Of a stretch of 64,000 nt of DNA, positions 19,373-28,650 are shown piece after piece. This DNA comes from Acidilobaceae archaeon (GTDB lineage: Archaea; Thermoproteota; Thermoprotei_A; Sulfolobales; Acidilobaceae), in contig JAWAWX010000001.1 of the NCBI GenBank assembly GCA_038897215.1, forward strand, positions 96,001 to 160,000. The letters run 5' to 3'. The translations under genes were made by a program, and so were the position numbers. The notes beneath the pieces are model-generated. The model searched no databases. It saw only the letters and a list, made by a program, of their open reading frames with translations, and was not told the DNA's origin. Within the stretch, counting starts at the first letter, position 1, and the number at the start of each line of letters is the position of its first letter.

Positions 19373-20242
19373 ATGGCTGAAAGCTGGCTCGCGGGAGCTC
19401 TCACGTCTCTAGCTGCATGGGCTAGCGGAGCGCTCAGAGAGTACATGTTCTACTTCGTGGCGCTAGCGGTCTTCCTCGCCTCACTGTACCTCTCGGGCTA
19501 CGTGGCTCACAAGATCATGAAGAGCCACTCTCTCAGAACCACTCTCAGACCAGAGGTCCTGTACAACGCTGCTCTAGCAGCCCGGCTCGCTGTCATAATC
19601 CTCGGGGCGCTCCTAGCCTTATCGATAGCCGGAGTGGACCTAGGCAATCTACTGCTGGCAGCGGGCATCCTGGGCATAGTGATAGGACTCGCTGCTCAGC
19701 AGACTCTAGGCAACCTGTTCGCCGGGATAGCTCTACTGCTAGAGGGCAGGATCAGGGTGGGGGACACTGTTAGAATAGGGAACGATATGGGGGTCGTGAG
19801 AGCAATAGGGCTCATGTCGAGCCAGATAAGGCTGCTCAGCGGGGAGCTCTTAACGCTACCCAACAGCATCCTGATGAACTCACAGCTCTACAGCATAAGC
19901 GCCCCCATAGCCAGAAGGGGGGAGGTGCAGATCGGCGTGTCCTACGAGACCGATGTAGACAAGGCTCTAGACGTCATAAGGAGAGCCCTCTGGGATAACG
20001 AGCTCGTGTTCGTCGAGCCAGAGCCAATGCTCATCGTGGAGAACGTGGGAGATTCGGTGGTAAACATAAGGGTCCTCTACTGGGCTCCGGCCAGAGAGTT
20101 CTTCGCCGTCAGGAGCACCATACTGAGAGACTTGAAGAAGTCCCTCGAAGCAGAAGGGATAGAGATACCCTACCCACGCAGAGTAGTCGTTGTCAGAGAG
20201 GGCCGCTCGACTGCTCCAACAGTAGCTGGGGGAGGAGACTAG
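19373..20242 (+). CDS. mscS: Small-conductance mechanosensitive channel
   Basis: GLAAQQTLGNLFAG, GD.V, PNS, GVSY and GIEIPYP. Confidence 0.93.
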   Translation: MAESWLAGALTSLAAWASGALREYMFYFVALAVFLASLYLSGYVAHKIMKSHSLRTTLRPEVLYNAALAARLAVIILGALLALSIAGVDLGNLLLAAGILGIVIGLAAQQTLGNLFAGIALLLEGRIRVGDTVRIGNDMGVVRAIGLMSSQIRLLSGELLTLPNSILMNSQLYSISAPIARRGEVQIGVSYETDVDKALDVIRRALWDNELVFVEPEPMLIVENVGDSVVNIRVLYWAPAREFFAVRSTILRDLKKSLEAEGIEIPYPRRVVVVREGRSTAPTVAGGGD

Positions 20243-20736
20243 CCCAAGACCCTCTTAGCTATAGCGTAGCCCGTTGCCAGCGATAGCAGCCCGAGAACCA
20301 CCTCCGGTCTGGCGGCCTCTAGGAGAGCGCCCCCGAGCCCTCCCCCGTCCTCCTCCGCTCCACCGCTAGCCGCCTCGAGCGCGACGGAGGCGAGCCCCGC
20401 GATGCCAGCCGCCGTGTACGATACCAGGAGCGCTGCGGCTAGAGCCACGCCAACGACCGCGTAGCCCACGCTCTCTGCTCTCGACCTCTTCAACACGGCC
20501 TTAGCGTAGAGACCGGCCACGGTAGCGCAGGCTAGCGCATCGAAGAGCCCGGGGCTCCAGTAGACTCCCAGAGCCTCGCGGTCGAGAAGCCCGGCTACGG
20601 TAGACGCTAGCGACGTGGCGGCAACTAGAGCGTAGAGCAGAGCTAGAGCGGCTATCGCGGCATGTATGTCTCTGCTCCTAGCCCAGGTCTCGACGTCTCT
20701 CTGGTCTAGGTAGAGTCTGCGCCTAGCCATCTTCAA
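20239..20736 (-). CDS. Hypothetical 4-TM membrane protein coupled to feoB
   Basis: Overlaps the feoB stop; hydrophobic. Confidence 0.7.
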   Translation of the reverse strand: MKMARRRLYLDQRDVETWARSRDIHAAIAALALLYALVAATSLASTVAGLLDREALGVYWSPGLFDALACATVAGLYAKAVLKRSRAESVGYAVVGVALAAALLVSYTAAGIAGLASVALEAASGGAEEDGGGLGGALLEAARPEVVLGLLSLATGYAIAKRVLG

Positions 20737-22724
20737 GCCACCATTGCTCTAGCCACAGCGTAGACCAGGAGGGAGACCGAGTAGGCTACGAGCAGCGAGA
20801 GCGCTATGGAGAAGAGAGCCCACTTCACGGACCTGGTCTCACTCCAGATAGCTGCCACGGTCGCGACGCAGGGAGTGTAGAGGAGGACGAAGGTCATGAA
20901 AGCAAGCCCCACAGCCGGGTCCATGGCTTCTCTCAAGCCCTCTATGACCCCCTCTTCTCCCACTCCTAGTATCACTGCTAGAGCCGCTACCACCACTTCC
21001 TTGGCTAGAAAGCCTGAGACGAGAGCTAGAACGAGTCTCCAGTCGAAGCCCAGAGGAGCGAAGAGAGGCTCGAGGACTGAGGCTAGCCTAGCTCCTAGAG
21101 AGCTCTCGACGGTACCCCCCTCTGGGACGCCTACGCTTAGGAGAGCCCACACTCCAACGGAGGCTAGTACGATGAGTGTCCCAGCTTTCTTCAGAAAGTC
21201 GGCCGTCCTGTCTACCACGAAGTTCTTAACGTTGACGATAGCGGGTAGAGTGTACTCGGGGAGCTCTACCACGAGAGGCCGCAGGCCTCCCGATAGCAGA
21301 GTCCTCCTCAAGCCAGCAGCTACTCCGAGAACTACGAGGAACGATAGGAGATACATTAGAGCAACAGGAGCCAGAGAGCCTCCTAGAACAGCGAACGACA
21401 CAGCCACGTAGACCGGGAGTCTGGCGGGGCAGGAGACGAAGGGAGCGGCTAGGATAGCGGCCAGTCTCTCTCTAGCATCGGGGATCACTCTAGCCGCCTT
21501 GACCCCCACCACGTTGCAGCCAAGGCAGACGGCTAGAGGTAGAGTAGACCTGCCGGAGAGCCCCGCTCTAGAGGCTATAGGGTCTAGGAGCCCCGAGACT
21601 CTAGCCATGTACCCGCTATCGTCGACCACGGCTAGTCCTAGGAAGAAGAAGACGAGAACAGGAAGGAGCGCTAGAACAGCCCCCACGCCTGGGAGGACTC
21701 CCTCGACTATGAGCATCGACAGAGCGCTCTCTGGGAGAGCCTCTGCTAGAGCCTCAGCTAGACTCGCTACAGCGGAGTCAGCGAGCTCAACAAGAGGCTC
21801 GGAGGCTCTGAAAGCGAAGACGAAGAGAGCCCAGAAGACTGTCAACAGTACGGGGACTGCTAGATGCTTGTCTAGGACAGCCGCGTCCACCAGGTCCGAG
21901 AGTCTTCTGAGCGGTGCGGCTCTACGCTTCTCTACTCTAGACGCTATAGAGCTCGCCAAGTCAAGCCTAGCCTTGGAGACTACTAGAGAGCAGTCGCCCC
22001 CACACTCTAGCCTAGCTTCCTCCAGCTCCCTCTTGACCCTCGAGGCTCCGGTCTTCTCGACGACGCTTAGAGAGTACGGGTCGTTCTCCAGTAGCCCTAC
22101 AGCAAGCCTCCTAGAGGAGAGAGACCCGAGGCTCTCCTCCGACTTGACAGCGGCCTCTAGCTTCTCCACAAGCTCCCCGGCTAGCCCACTGTACCTCGGT
22201 GGCGCTGGCTTCTCTCCTCTCTCGTAGGCGTCGATGATAGCGTCTAGGAGCTCTCGCAACCCTAGAGCTTTCGTAGCCACCATCGGCACGACTGGACACG
22301 ATAGGAGTCTAGAGAGCTCCCAGTGGTCGACCTCGACTCCCAAGCCCTCAGCTAAGTCTATCTTGTTTAGAGCCACTACTAGCTTATGGCCTGCTTCTAG
22401 TAGCTGTAGCGCTAGATAGACGCTCTTCTCTAGATTCGTGGCGTCGAAGACAGCGACTACGACGTCCGGCTTCTCCTCGACCAAGAACCTGGCGGCAACC
22501 TCCTGCTCCGGGCTCCAGGCGGTCAGAGAGTAAGCTCCCGGGAGGTCTACGACCTCCAGCCTATAGCCTCTATGCCACCTGTACCCTACTCTCTTCTCCA
22601 CAGTAGTCCCGGGCCAGTTAGAGACTCTAGCTCTAGCCCCCGTGATCAGATTGAATATGAGGGTCTTCCCAGCATTGGGTACTCCAGCGAGCGCGACGCG
22701 CACGAGTTTAGAAGTCTCGCTCAA
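20733..22724 (-). CDS. feoB: Ferrous iron transporter B
   Basis: G1 GVPNAGKT, G2 NWPGTT, G3 DLPG, G4 NKID; DSGYMAR, GCNV, SCPARL and YTPC. Confidence 0.97.
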   Translation of the reverse strand: MSETSKLVRVALAGVPNAGKTLIFNLITGARARVSNWPGTTVEKRVGYRWHRGYRLEVVDLPGAYSLTAWSPEQEVAARFLVEEKPDVVVAVFDATNLEKSVYLALQLLEAGHKLVVALNKIDLAEGLGVEVDHWELSRLLSCPVVPMVATKALGLRELLDAIIDAYERGEKPAPPRYSGLAGELVEKLEAAVKSEESLGSLSSRRLAVGLLENDPYSLSVVEKTGASRVKRELEEARLECGGDCSLVVSKARLDLASSIASRVEKRRAAPLRRLSDLVDAAVLDKHLAVPVLLTVFWALFVFAFRASEPLVELADSAVASLAEALAEALPESALSMLIVEGVLPGVGAVLALLPVLVFFFLGLAVVDDSGYMARVSGLLDPIASRAGLSGRSTLPLAVCLGCNVVGVKAARVIPDARERLAAILAAPFVSCPARLPVYVAVSFAVLGGSLAPVALMYLLSFLVVLGVAAGLRRTLLSGGLRPLVVELPEYTLPAIVNVKNFVVDRTADFLKKAGTLIVLASVGVWALLSVGVPEGGTVESSLGARLASVLEPLFAPLGFDWRLVLALVSGFLAKEVVVAALAVILGVGEEGVIEGLREAMDPAVGLAFMTFVLLYTPCVATVAAIWSETRSVKWALFSIALSLLVAYSVSLLVYAVARAMVA

Positions 22725-22730
22725 CTTCTC

Positions 22731-22949
22731 TCAATCCTCTACGATAACGTGCTCAGCTACCTCTCTGCTGAGGCAGAGCTTGGAGCCCCCGACTGAGACA
22801 ACTACCACGCTCCCTTTCAGCAAGACTTCTACCGCTCTGCCCGGAGCTAGGCCCATCTCGCACAAGAGTCTCTTCTCTCCGTTTCCACACTTAACGTTAA
22901 CTATTCTCACAACTCGCCCCTCCTCGATGTCAGCCAGCTTTCTAGCCAC
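22731..22949 (-). CDS. feoA: Ferrous iron transport protein A
   Basis: RLLCEMGLAPG SH3-like motif, directly upstream of feoB. Confidence 0.93.
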   Translation of the reverse strand: MARKLADIEEGRVVRIVNVKCGNGEKRLLCEMGLAPGRAVEVLLKGSVVVVSVGGSKLCLSREVAEHVIVED

Positions 22950-22974
22950 GGGTACTCCCCGGTTGTGGTATTAG

Positions 22975-23009
22975 TCGTTAGGCATTATTTATAGGTTAGC
23001 CTAACGAAA
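22975..23009. promoter_or_regulatory. DtxR/IdeR-type iron operator overlapping the feoAB TATA box
   Basis: ATAGGTTAGCCTAACGAAA (22991-23009) matches TTAGGTTAGCCTAACCTAA at 16/19; perfect inverted repeat TCGTTAGGC/GCCTAACGA; minus-strand TATAAATAA at 22985-22993. Confidence 0.75.
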
Positions 23010-23148
23010 TTTTTTTCGCTACATCTAAATCTCTAGTAGCAGTAGCGCAGTGAGAGCGAAACATACCCTAAAGCTATTAGCTTCTAGAACTTAGCTCAAG
23101 CTTTAAAATTCGAGAGCCCCCTAGGCGGCTAGCGGGGTGTAAGCAGAG

Positions 23149-23439
23149 ATGTCTCTAAGACTCAAAGATAAGCTCGAGGCTGCTGTGAGGAGGTATAACG
23201 AGCTCAGAGCTCCCGAAGCCGTAGCTGAGGTTGTAGAGGTCGATAGAGGCAGAGTCTACGTAGTCTTCAGCGGGAGATTCTGCCACACTTGTGGAGTCGT
23301 AGACTGGATAGAGGACCTAGCTTACGTGATGGAGGAGGAGGGTCTTAGAGCTAGGCTCGTAGACGTCCTGGAGCCCGAGGATGCTAGCGAAGACTACAGA
23401 GTGGGGGTCTTCGAGGTCGAGGAGCTAGAGTCCGAGTAG
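23149..23439 (+). CDS. Conserved hypothetical CxxC protein (Nfu/NifU-C-like pattern)
   Basis: VYVVFSGRFCHTCG..DWIED; own TATA (TTTAAAA near 23102) and GGGGTG SD. Confidence 0.75.
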   Translation: MSLRLKDKLEAAVRRYNELRAPEAVAEVVEVDRGRVYVVFSGRFCHTCGVVDWIEDLAYVMEEEGLRARLVDVLEPEDASEDYRVGVFEVEELESE

Positions 23440-24609
23440 CTCTGCTATGATGTCGACGTACTTGAACCCCATGTCTGGAAGCACTAGCACCACGTCTCCG
23501 CCGCTCAGCTCTCCTCTCTCGAGAACCTCCTTGTATGCTCTCACAACAGCCCCGCTACTGAGCCCCACGAAGACCCCCTCTTTTCTAGCTAGCTCTACGC
23601 TCTCTCTCGCGGCCTCTTCTGCTCCGACTTCTACTACGCCGTCGAGCTCAGCGTACTTCACCCACTTCATCCCACTCTCTACTCTCCTTATGCCCTGTAT
23701 TGCTTCACCCTCTCTCGGTACTGCTCCGTAAACTCGAACTCCTCTCCATCTGCTCTTGAAGTATATGCTTATAGCCGAGAGGTGCCCCGATGTGCCGAGA
23801 CCTCCGAAGACTGCAGTGACGCGGAGCCCGCTTCTCCTAGCCTGCAGGTCTAGCTCTTTCGCTGTGTATCTGAGGTGAACCTCTAGGTTGGCGTCGTTCT
23901 CAAACTGGTTCAGGTTGACCGCTCCCAGTCTTCTAGCCTCCTCCACGACCTCTCTCAGTATCTCGACTGTCAGTTGCTTCTCTGACCTCACGACCTCAGC
24001 GCCGAAGATCTTGAGTAGCATCTCGCCGGTCTTCGAGACGCTCTGTGGGATGAAGGCTCTCAGCTTAGAGCCGTAGAGAGCACACATCGCGGCTACAGCT
24101 AGACCCGTGTTGGTCGACGTGGCCTCCACTACCAGCTTAGGGGGCTCGCCGCGCTCCTCCACGGCTCGCCTGAACATGAGCCAGCCTACTCTATCCTTGA
24201 CGCTCATACCCCACGGGTTGAAGCCTTCCAGCTTACCCCAGACTCTCACTGAGCCTCTCTCGAGACTCTTGAGCCTGACGAGGGGAGTAGGCCACCCTCT
24301 ATAGAGGAGTTCTTCAGTGCTCCAGAAGACTCTAAGCGGGTCTCCTAAGACCTCATCGTAGAACCCTAGCTCTTCGAGCTCGTAGAATACCCTTTCTGGA
24401 GAGTAGAACGACACAGGAACCCTCCTAGCTCCCAGCTTTAAGAGAGTACTGCAGAGAGCCTGATTCTCCACAACTCTGAGCCCCGAGTCTACAGCTACAG
24501 TCTCCTCGACGCCGCCAGCACTCAAGACTCTTCTAGCGGTCTCCACGAAGACGTCTAAGTCGATAGTAGCGGGGCAGTCGAGCTTCTCGACTTCAACAAG
24601 CAAAGCCAC
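23425..24609 (-). CDS. Cysteine synthase / O-phosphoserine sulfhydrylase (Aeropyrum type with N-terminal extension)
   Basis: PTPLV, KLEGFNP..SVKDR (PLP Lys), NQFEN.AN, GLGTSGH, IQGIRR and GLSSGA. Confidence 0.92.
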   Translation of the reverse strand: MALLVEVEKLDCPATIDLDVFVETARRVLSAGGVEETVAVDSGLRVVENQALCSTLLKLGARRVPVSFYSPERVFYELEELGFYDEVLGDPLRVFWSTEELLYRGWPTPLVRLKSLERGSVRVWGKLEGFNPWGMSVKDRVGWLMFRRAVEERGEPPKLVVEATSTNTGLAVAAMCALYGSKLRAFIPQSVSKTGEMLLKIFGAEVVRSEKQLTVEILREVVEEARRLGAVNLNQFENDANLEVHLRYTAKELDLQARRSGLRVTAVFGGLGTSGHLSAISIYFKSRWRGVRVYGAVPREGEAIQGIRRVESGMKWVKYAELDGVVEVGAEEAARESVELARKEGVFVGLSSGAVVRAYKEVLERGELSGGDVVLVLPDMGFKYVDIIAELLGL

Positions 24610-24830
24610 TGCAGAACCCCCTCATAGGCTCAAGCTCCGGAAGCCTAAAATCGGAAGGAGCGATCGCCTACGCGAGCCCCCAGTCCAGTATAGTATTTAT
24701 CCAGGTGTAGTAGAGAGTAGCGGAGAGTGAGAAGAGACCCTCTATACCGGTGAGAGGGCTTCAGCTAGGAGTATAGCTAGCACAAATATAATCCTTCCTT
24801 AACGAATAACCTTACACTCTGGGGAGAGCT

Positions 24831-25298
24831 ATGGAGGCTAGTGAGGCCACTATTGTAGAGAAGATCGCGAGCTTGATGAAGGAGAGAGGGTTTAGAGCTA
24901 CGCCTCAGAGAGTAATGATAGCTAAGCTCATAGTAGAGAATGTAGCGAGCCACCCATCGTTGAAAGAACTCCACGAGATGGCGAGCAAGGTGCTACCGGG
25001 TGTGGGAGTATCTACGGTATACAACACTATAGTGATGCTGGAGTCCATGAATTTGATTAAGACCTTCTACGTAGAAGGCAGACTCCACGTAGACAAATTC
25101 GAGACTCATCTCAACATCTACTGTAAAGATGAGGGGAGGATCTTGGACCTCGAGGGGGAGGCTGGAGAGGAGATAGTGGGAGTGCTGAGAAAACACGGAG
25201 TCATCATCGAGAACCCCGTGATACTAGTAACGGGTAAGTGCAAGCCATCCTCAGCTTCTGAGAGCTCTCCTAGCGTCGAGTTCTACGAGGAAGGCTAG
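24831..25298 (+). CDS. Fur/PerR family transcriptional regulator
   Basis: GFRATPQR, HPS, STVYNT and H.NI.C. Confidence 0.88.
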   Translation: MEASEATIVEKIASLMKERGFRATPQRVMIAKLIVENVASHPSLKELHEMASKVLPGVGVSTVYNTIVMLESMNLIKTFYVEGRLHVDKFETHLNIYCKDEGRILDLEGEAGEEIVGVLRKHGVIIENPVILVTGKCKPSSASESSPSVEFYEEG

Positions 25299-25859
25299 GG
25301 TATCGTCTACCAGCCTTCTAGCAGCATCAACCTTCCGCCTCACTCCAGGGATTAGAGCATCAGGGTAGTCTAGCTGCTGGAGAGCCTCTAGTATCGCCTC
25401 CATCCACTCAGCCAGCCTCCAAGCCTCACTGAAGTCTCCCCTCTTGACTGCTAGAAGAGAGAGTCTTCGGAGCTCTCCCACGGCATCGGCTACCCCCTGG
25501 AGGTATGGAACGGGGGGCACTAGGAGCTCCTCATGGCTCTCAATATCGCTCCCTTCAGCTATCTTGAGGACTATCGATGCCTCCACGTACTCGCAGAGAG
25601 CGTTGTAGACTAGCCCGGTGTAGAGCAGGTCGGGGTATGGCTCAAGCCTCTCTACTAGCTCAGCGACAGTCCTCTTCAAAGCCCCCCATGTCTCTCTAGC
25701 TTTAGCGATATCCCTCTCTCTAACGTGCTTGAGAACTCTCTTGGATAGCCTCACTATCTCTCTAGAGGCTCTAATGGCGTCTTCTCTCACAGCATCTCTC
25801 TCATCGAGATAAGAGGCTATCCTGGTTATGGCATCGAATAGCTTGCCGCGCGCAGCCAT
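25251..25859 (-). CDS. Translin/TRAX family protein
   Basis: RE.....SREI, EYVEA, YLQGVADAVGELRR and RRKVD. Confidence 0.9.
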   Translation of the reverse strand: MAARGKLFDAITRIASYLDERDAVREDAIRASREIVRLSKRVLKHVRERDIAKARETWGALKRTVAELVERLEPYPDLLYTGLVYNALCEYVEASIVLKIAEGSDIESHEELLVPPVPYLQGVADAVGELRRLSLLAVKRGDFSEAWRLAEWMEAILEALQQLDYPDALIPGVRRKVDAARRLVDDTLAFLVELDARRALRS

Positions 25860-25936
25860 CAGCTCTCTCCTCCAAGCCTCGCTGACTCTCGAGCTTAAAG
25901 CTCTAGGCTCACTCTTAGGGAGAGCGGGCGGTTCTC

Positions 25937-26344
25937 GTGGGAGAGCTCGTGAAGACTGGCGTGTCTCTACCTGCTGAACTCGTCGAGAAGCTAGAGGAGA
26001 CCATGAGAGCCTTGGGGGTGAGGAACAGGTCTCAGGCTATAGCTATGGCTGTGAGAGAATTCATAGCTAGACAGGCGTGGAGTATTGATGAGAGCAGACG
26101 CGTAGCTGGAGCGGTCATGGTTCTCTACGACCACACGAAACACGATGTAGAGGAGGAGCTTACAGACACTCAACACGAGTACCTAGACGTAATAGTCTCC
26201 GTTCTCCACATCCACTTATCCAGAGAGGAGTGCATAGAGATAGTAGCCGTGAAGGGCAACGTGGGGAGAGTCAGGGAGCTCGTCAAGAGACTGGGCTCGA
26301 TAAGAGGAGTCAAGGATATCTCCACGTCTCTCACAGTCTTCTAG
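25937..26344 (+). CDS. nikR: Nickel-responsive regulator NikR
   Basis: RHH N-terminus (GVSLP, NRS.AI), YDH, QH.Y and HIHL...CIE. Confidence 0.92.
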   Translation: MGELVKTGVSLPAELVEKLEETMRALGVRNRSQAIAMAVREFIARQAWSIDESRRVAGAVMVLYDHTKHDVEEELTDTQHEYLDVIVSVLHIHLSREECIEIVAVKGNVGRVRELVKRLGSIRGVKDISTSLTVF

Positions 26345-26364
26345 AAGATTCGGGGGCCGCGTGC

Positions 26365-27567
26365 TTGCACCTTACTCGAGAAGAGGAGAGGATACTAAGG
26401 GGAGAGGAGGGCTGGGCTAGAGCCAAGGCTCTAGAGGTAATAGTGAGAGTAGGAGAGGCTCTAGGAGCTGAGAGGCTAGTCGAGATAAAGCATGCTCACG
26501 TCTCCGGAGTATCCTACGAGAACATAGGGGAGGAGGGGCTCAAGTTCATAGAAGACCTGGCTGAGAGCGGTGCTAGATTCAAGGTCCCCGCGTCAGTGAA
26601 CCCTGTCAGCTTCGACGTGGACGAGGGGGGGCTCCCGGGGCTCTGGCAGGCTTCTCGAGTTGAGGCGGAGAAGCAGGCTAGGATACTGAAGGCTCTCTCC
26701 TCCATGGGAGCCAGGCTTACTCTCACGTGCACGCCATACTATGAGACAGCGCTCCGAGACCTAGCTCTCAGAGTCGGGGATAGCGTAGCCTGGGGCGAGT
26801 CTAGCGCTGTGGCTTACGCTAACAGCGTTCTAGGGCTTAGAACGAACAGAGAGGGGGGCCCCATAGCTCTCCTAGCCGGCATAGCCGGGAGGACGTACTA
26901 CTACGGGATGCACGTAGAGGAGGAGAGGCGCTCCAGAGTAGCCTATGAGATAGACTGGGTTGTGGAAGATGAGGCAGAAGCCGGGGTCCTGGGCTCGATC
27001 ATAGCTGAGAGACACGAGGACTCGAGACCTCCCATGCTTAGAGGGCGCGTCTCAGGAGAAGGAGCTCTCAGAGAGCTCCTGGCATCACTAGGGGTAGCGG
27101 GAGACATACCGATGATCTACCTGCCAGGCGTTAGCCCCGAGCCGGAGCCGCAGGCACTCGAGCGAGTCGAGAGAGTCTCGAGGAGAGAGGTTGAGGAGAA
27201 GCTAGAGGAGCTAAGCCCGCCCGACTCCGTGGACGTAGTCTACCTGGGATGCCCTCATCTGAGTCTCGGAGAGCTAGACCGTCTAGCTCGAGAGCTGGAG
27301 GAGAGAGGAGGAGCTAGAGCTAGAGTGATTCTCACAGCATCCCCGGAGACCTACAATCTGGCTAGAGCTCGAGGACTCATCGACAAGCTCGAGAGATACG
27401 GAGCCAGGATAGCTAGAGGGACGTGTCTCGTCGTGAGCCCCTTCTGGAAGCTGGGGCTTAGTGTTGCAACTAACAGCTTCAAAGCTTACTTCTACCTGAA
27501 GAGGAGGGGTGTGAGAGCGTACCTAGCTAGAACCAGAGACCTCTTGAGTCTGGTGGTCTCCAAGTGA
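26365..27567 (+). CDS. Aconitase X catalytic subunit (probable phosphomevalonate dehydratase large subunit); TTG start at 26365
   Basis: HAHVSGVSY, TCTPY, WGESSA, RTNREG, GCPH and TCLVVSP. Confidence 0.9.
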   Translation: MHLTREEERILRGEEGWARAKALEVIVRVGEALGAERLVEIKHAHVSGVSYENIGEEGLKFIEDLAESGARFKVPASVNPVSFDVDEGGLPGLWQASRVEAEKQARILKALSSMGARLTLTCTPYYETALRDLALRVGDSVAWGESSAVAYANSVLGLRTNREGGPIALLAGIAGRTYYYGMHVEEERRSRVAYEIDWVVEDEAEAGVLGSIIAERHEDSRPPMLRGRVSGEGALRELLASLGVAGDIPMIYLPGVSPEPEPQALERVERVSRREVEEKLEELSPPDSVDVVYLGCPHLSLGELDRLARELEERGGARARVILTASPETYNLARARGLIDKLERYGARIARGTCLVVSPFWKLGLSVATNSFKAYFYLKRRGVRAYLARTRDLLSLVVSK

Positions 27568-27950
27568 CCCCCAGAGTCTTCAAGGGGAGGCCTGTAGTCC
27601 CGGGGAGGAGCGAGGGAGAGGCTCTGGTAGTCGACTCTATAAGCTTCTACGGCGACGTAGACCCGTCTACAGGCAGGCTCTACGACGGGAGGAGCGTAGC
27701 TGGTAGAATAGTGGTAGCCGGCAGGTCTAGGGGGAGCACTGTAGGCCCCTACGTGCTCTACTCTCTCAAACAGAAAGGCTTAGAGCCTAGAGCTATCCTG
27801 CTAGCTTCTAGAAGCGACTCTGTTCTCGTAGCTGGAGCTGTTCTCGCTGAAGTCATTCTAGTCGATGAACTGCCTAGAGGTATCCTAGAGGTGAGTGATG
27901 GGGCTCGAGTAGTAGTCGAGAGAGACGGGACGGTTATAGTCTTCTCTTGA
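27564..27950 (+). CDS. Aconitase X swivel-domain small subunit (DUF126)
   Basis: ISFYGDVDP.TG and RGSTVG. Confidence 0.92.
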   Translation: MTPRVFKGRPVVPGRSEGEALVVDSISFYGDVDPSTGRLYDGRSVAGRIVVAGRSRGSTVGPYVLYSLKQKGLEPRAILLASRSDSVLVAGAVLAEVILVDELPRGILEVSDGARVVVERDGTVIVFS

Positions 27951-28581
27951 TAGCATCCACGGTCACAGAGTATATCTCCTCGTGGACCTCGCTCACAGAC
28001 CTAGGCTCTCCCGATTGCTTCACTCCTCTGACTCTAGCTACTCTGACTCCTCTAGCCTCCGCTCTAGCTAGAGTTGCTTCGAGAACTCTCTTGACCTCCT
28101 CGAGAATCTCTCTCTTCTCGTAGAAAGCTCTAGCTCCTCTAGCCTCTATCCTAGCTAGAGCCACTTCGACGGGGACGTCTACGTAGACCACTAGGTCTGC
28201 GTCGGGAGCTCTAGAGTTCAGAGCCTCAACCCACTCTATGCTACTCCAAGAGCCCTGGTAGGCTATGCTCGAGTACTTGTACCTATCGCTGACCACGATG
28301 TAGCCCTCCTCTAGTAACCTCAAGACCCCGGGCCCAGCGCAACTAGAGACTCTCAGATGCCAGAGCCTGTCTGCGGCGTAGAGGAGAGCCATGATGTCGC
28401 TATCTAGACTCTCCTCTCTGTAGAGGAGCTCTCTGATAAGGGAGCCTATAGGCCCCCACGTTGGCTCCTTAGTGTAGACTGCTCTATACCCCTCGCTCTT
28501 CAGCCTCTCAGCGAGTAGCCTGGAGTGAGTAGTGAGCCCCGAGCCGTCTATCCCCTCGAGTGCTACCAGGAAGCCTCTCAC
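27934..28581 (-). CDS. tmk: Thymidylate kinase
   Basis: EGIDGSG.TT, KEP, LLYAADR and SDRY..SS.AYQG. Confidence 0.95.
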   Translation of the reverse strand: MRGFLVALEGIDGSGLTTHSRLLAERLKSEGYRAVYTKEPTWGPIGSLIRELLYREESLDSDIMALLYAADRLWHLRVSSCAGPGVLRLLEEGYIVVSDRYKYSSIAYQGSWSSIEWVEALNSRAPDADLVVYVDVPVEVALARIEARGARAFYEKREILEEVKRVLEATLARAEARGVRVARVRGVKQSGEPRSVSEVHEEIYSVTVDAIKRRL

Positions 28582-28650
28582 TAGGCTAGCACCTAGACCG
28601 AGTGCTCGATATTAGCCTCTTTACTGTTAACGCTCTCAAGGGAGCTCTCT

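Noticed and set aside
26230-26364. AcnX extension overlapping nikR (and likewise the atpB extension 45298-45369)
   Set aside because: Family homology starts at the downstream TTG, which has an SD-like sequence
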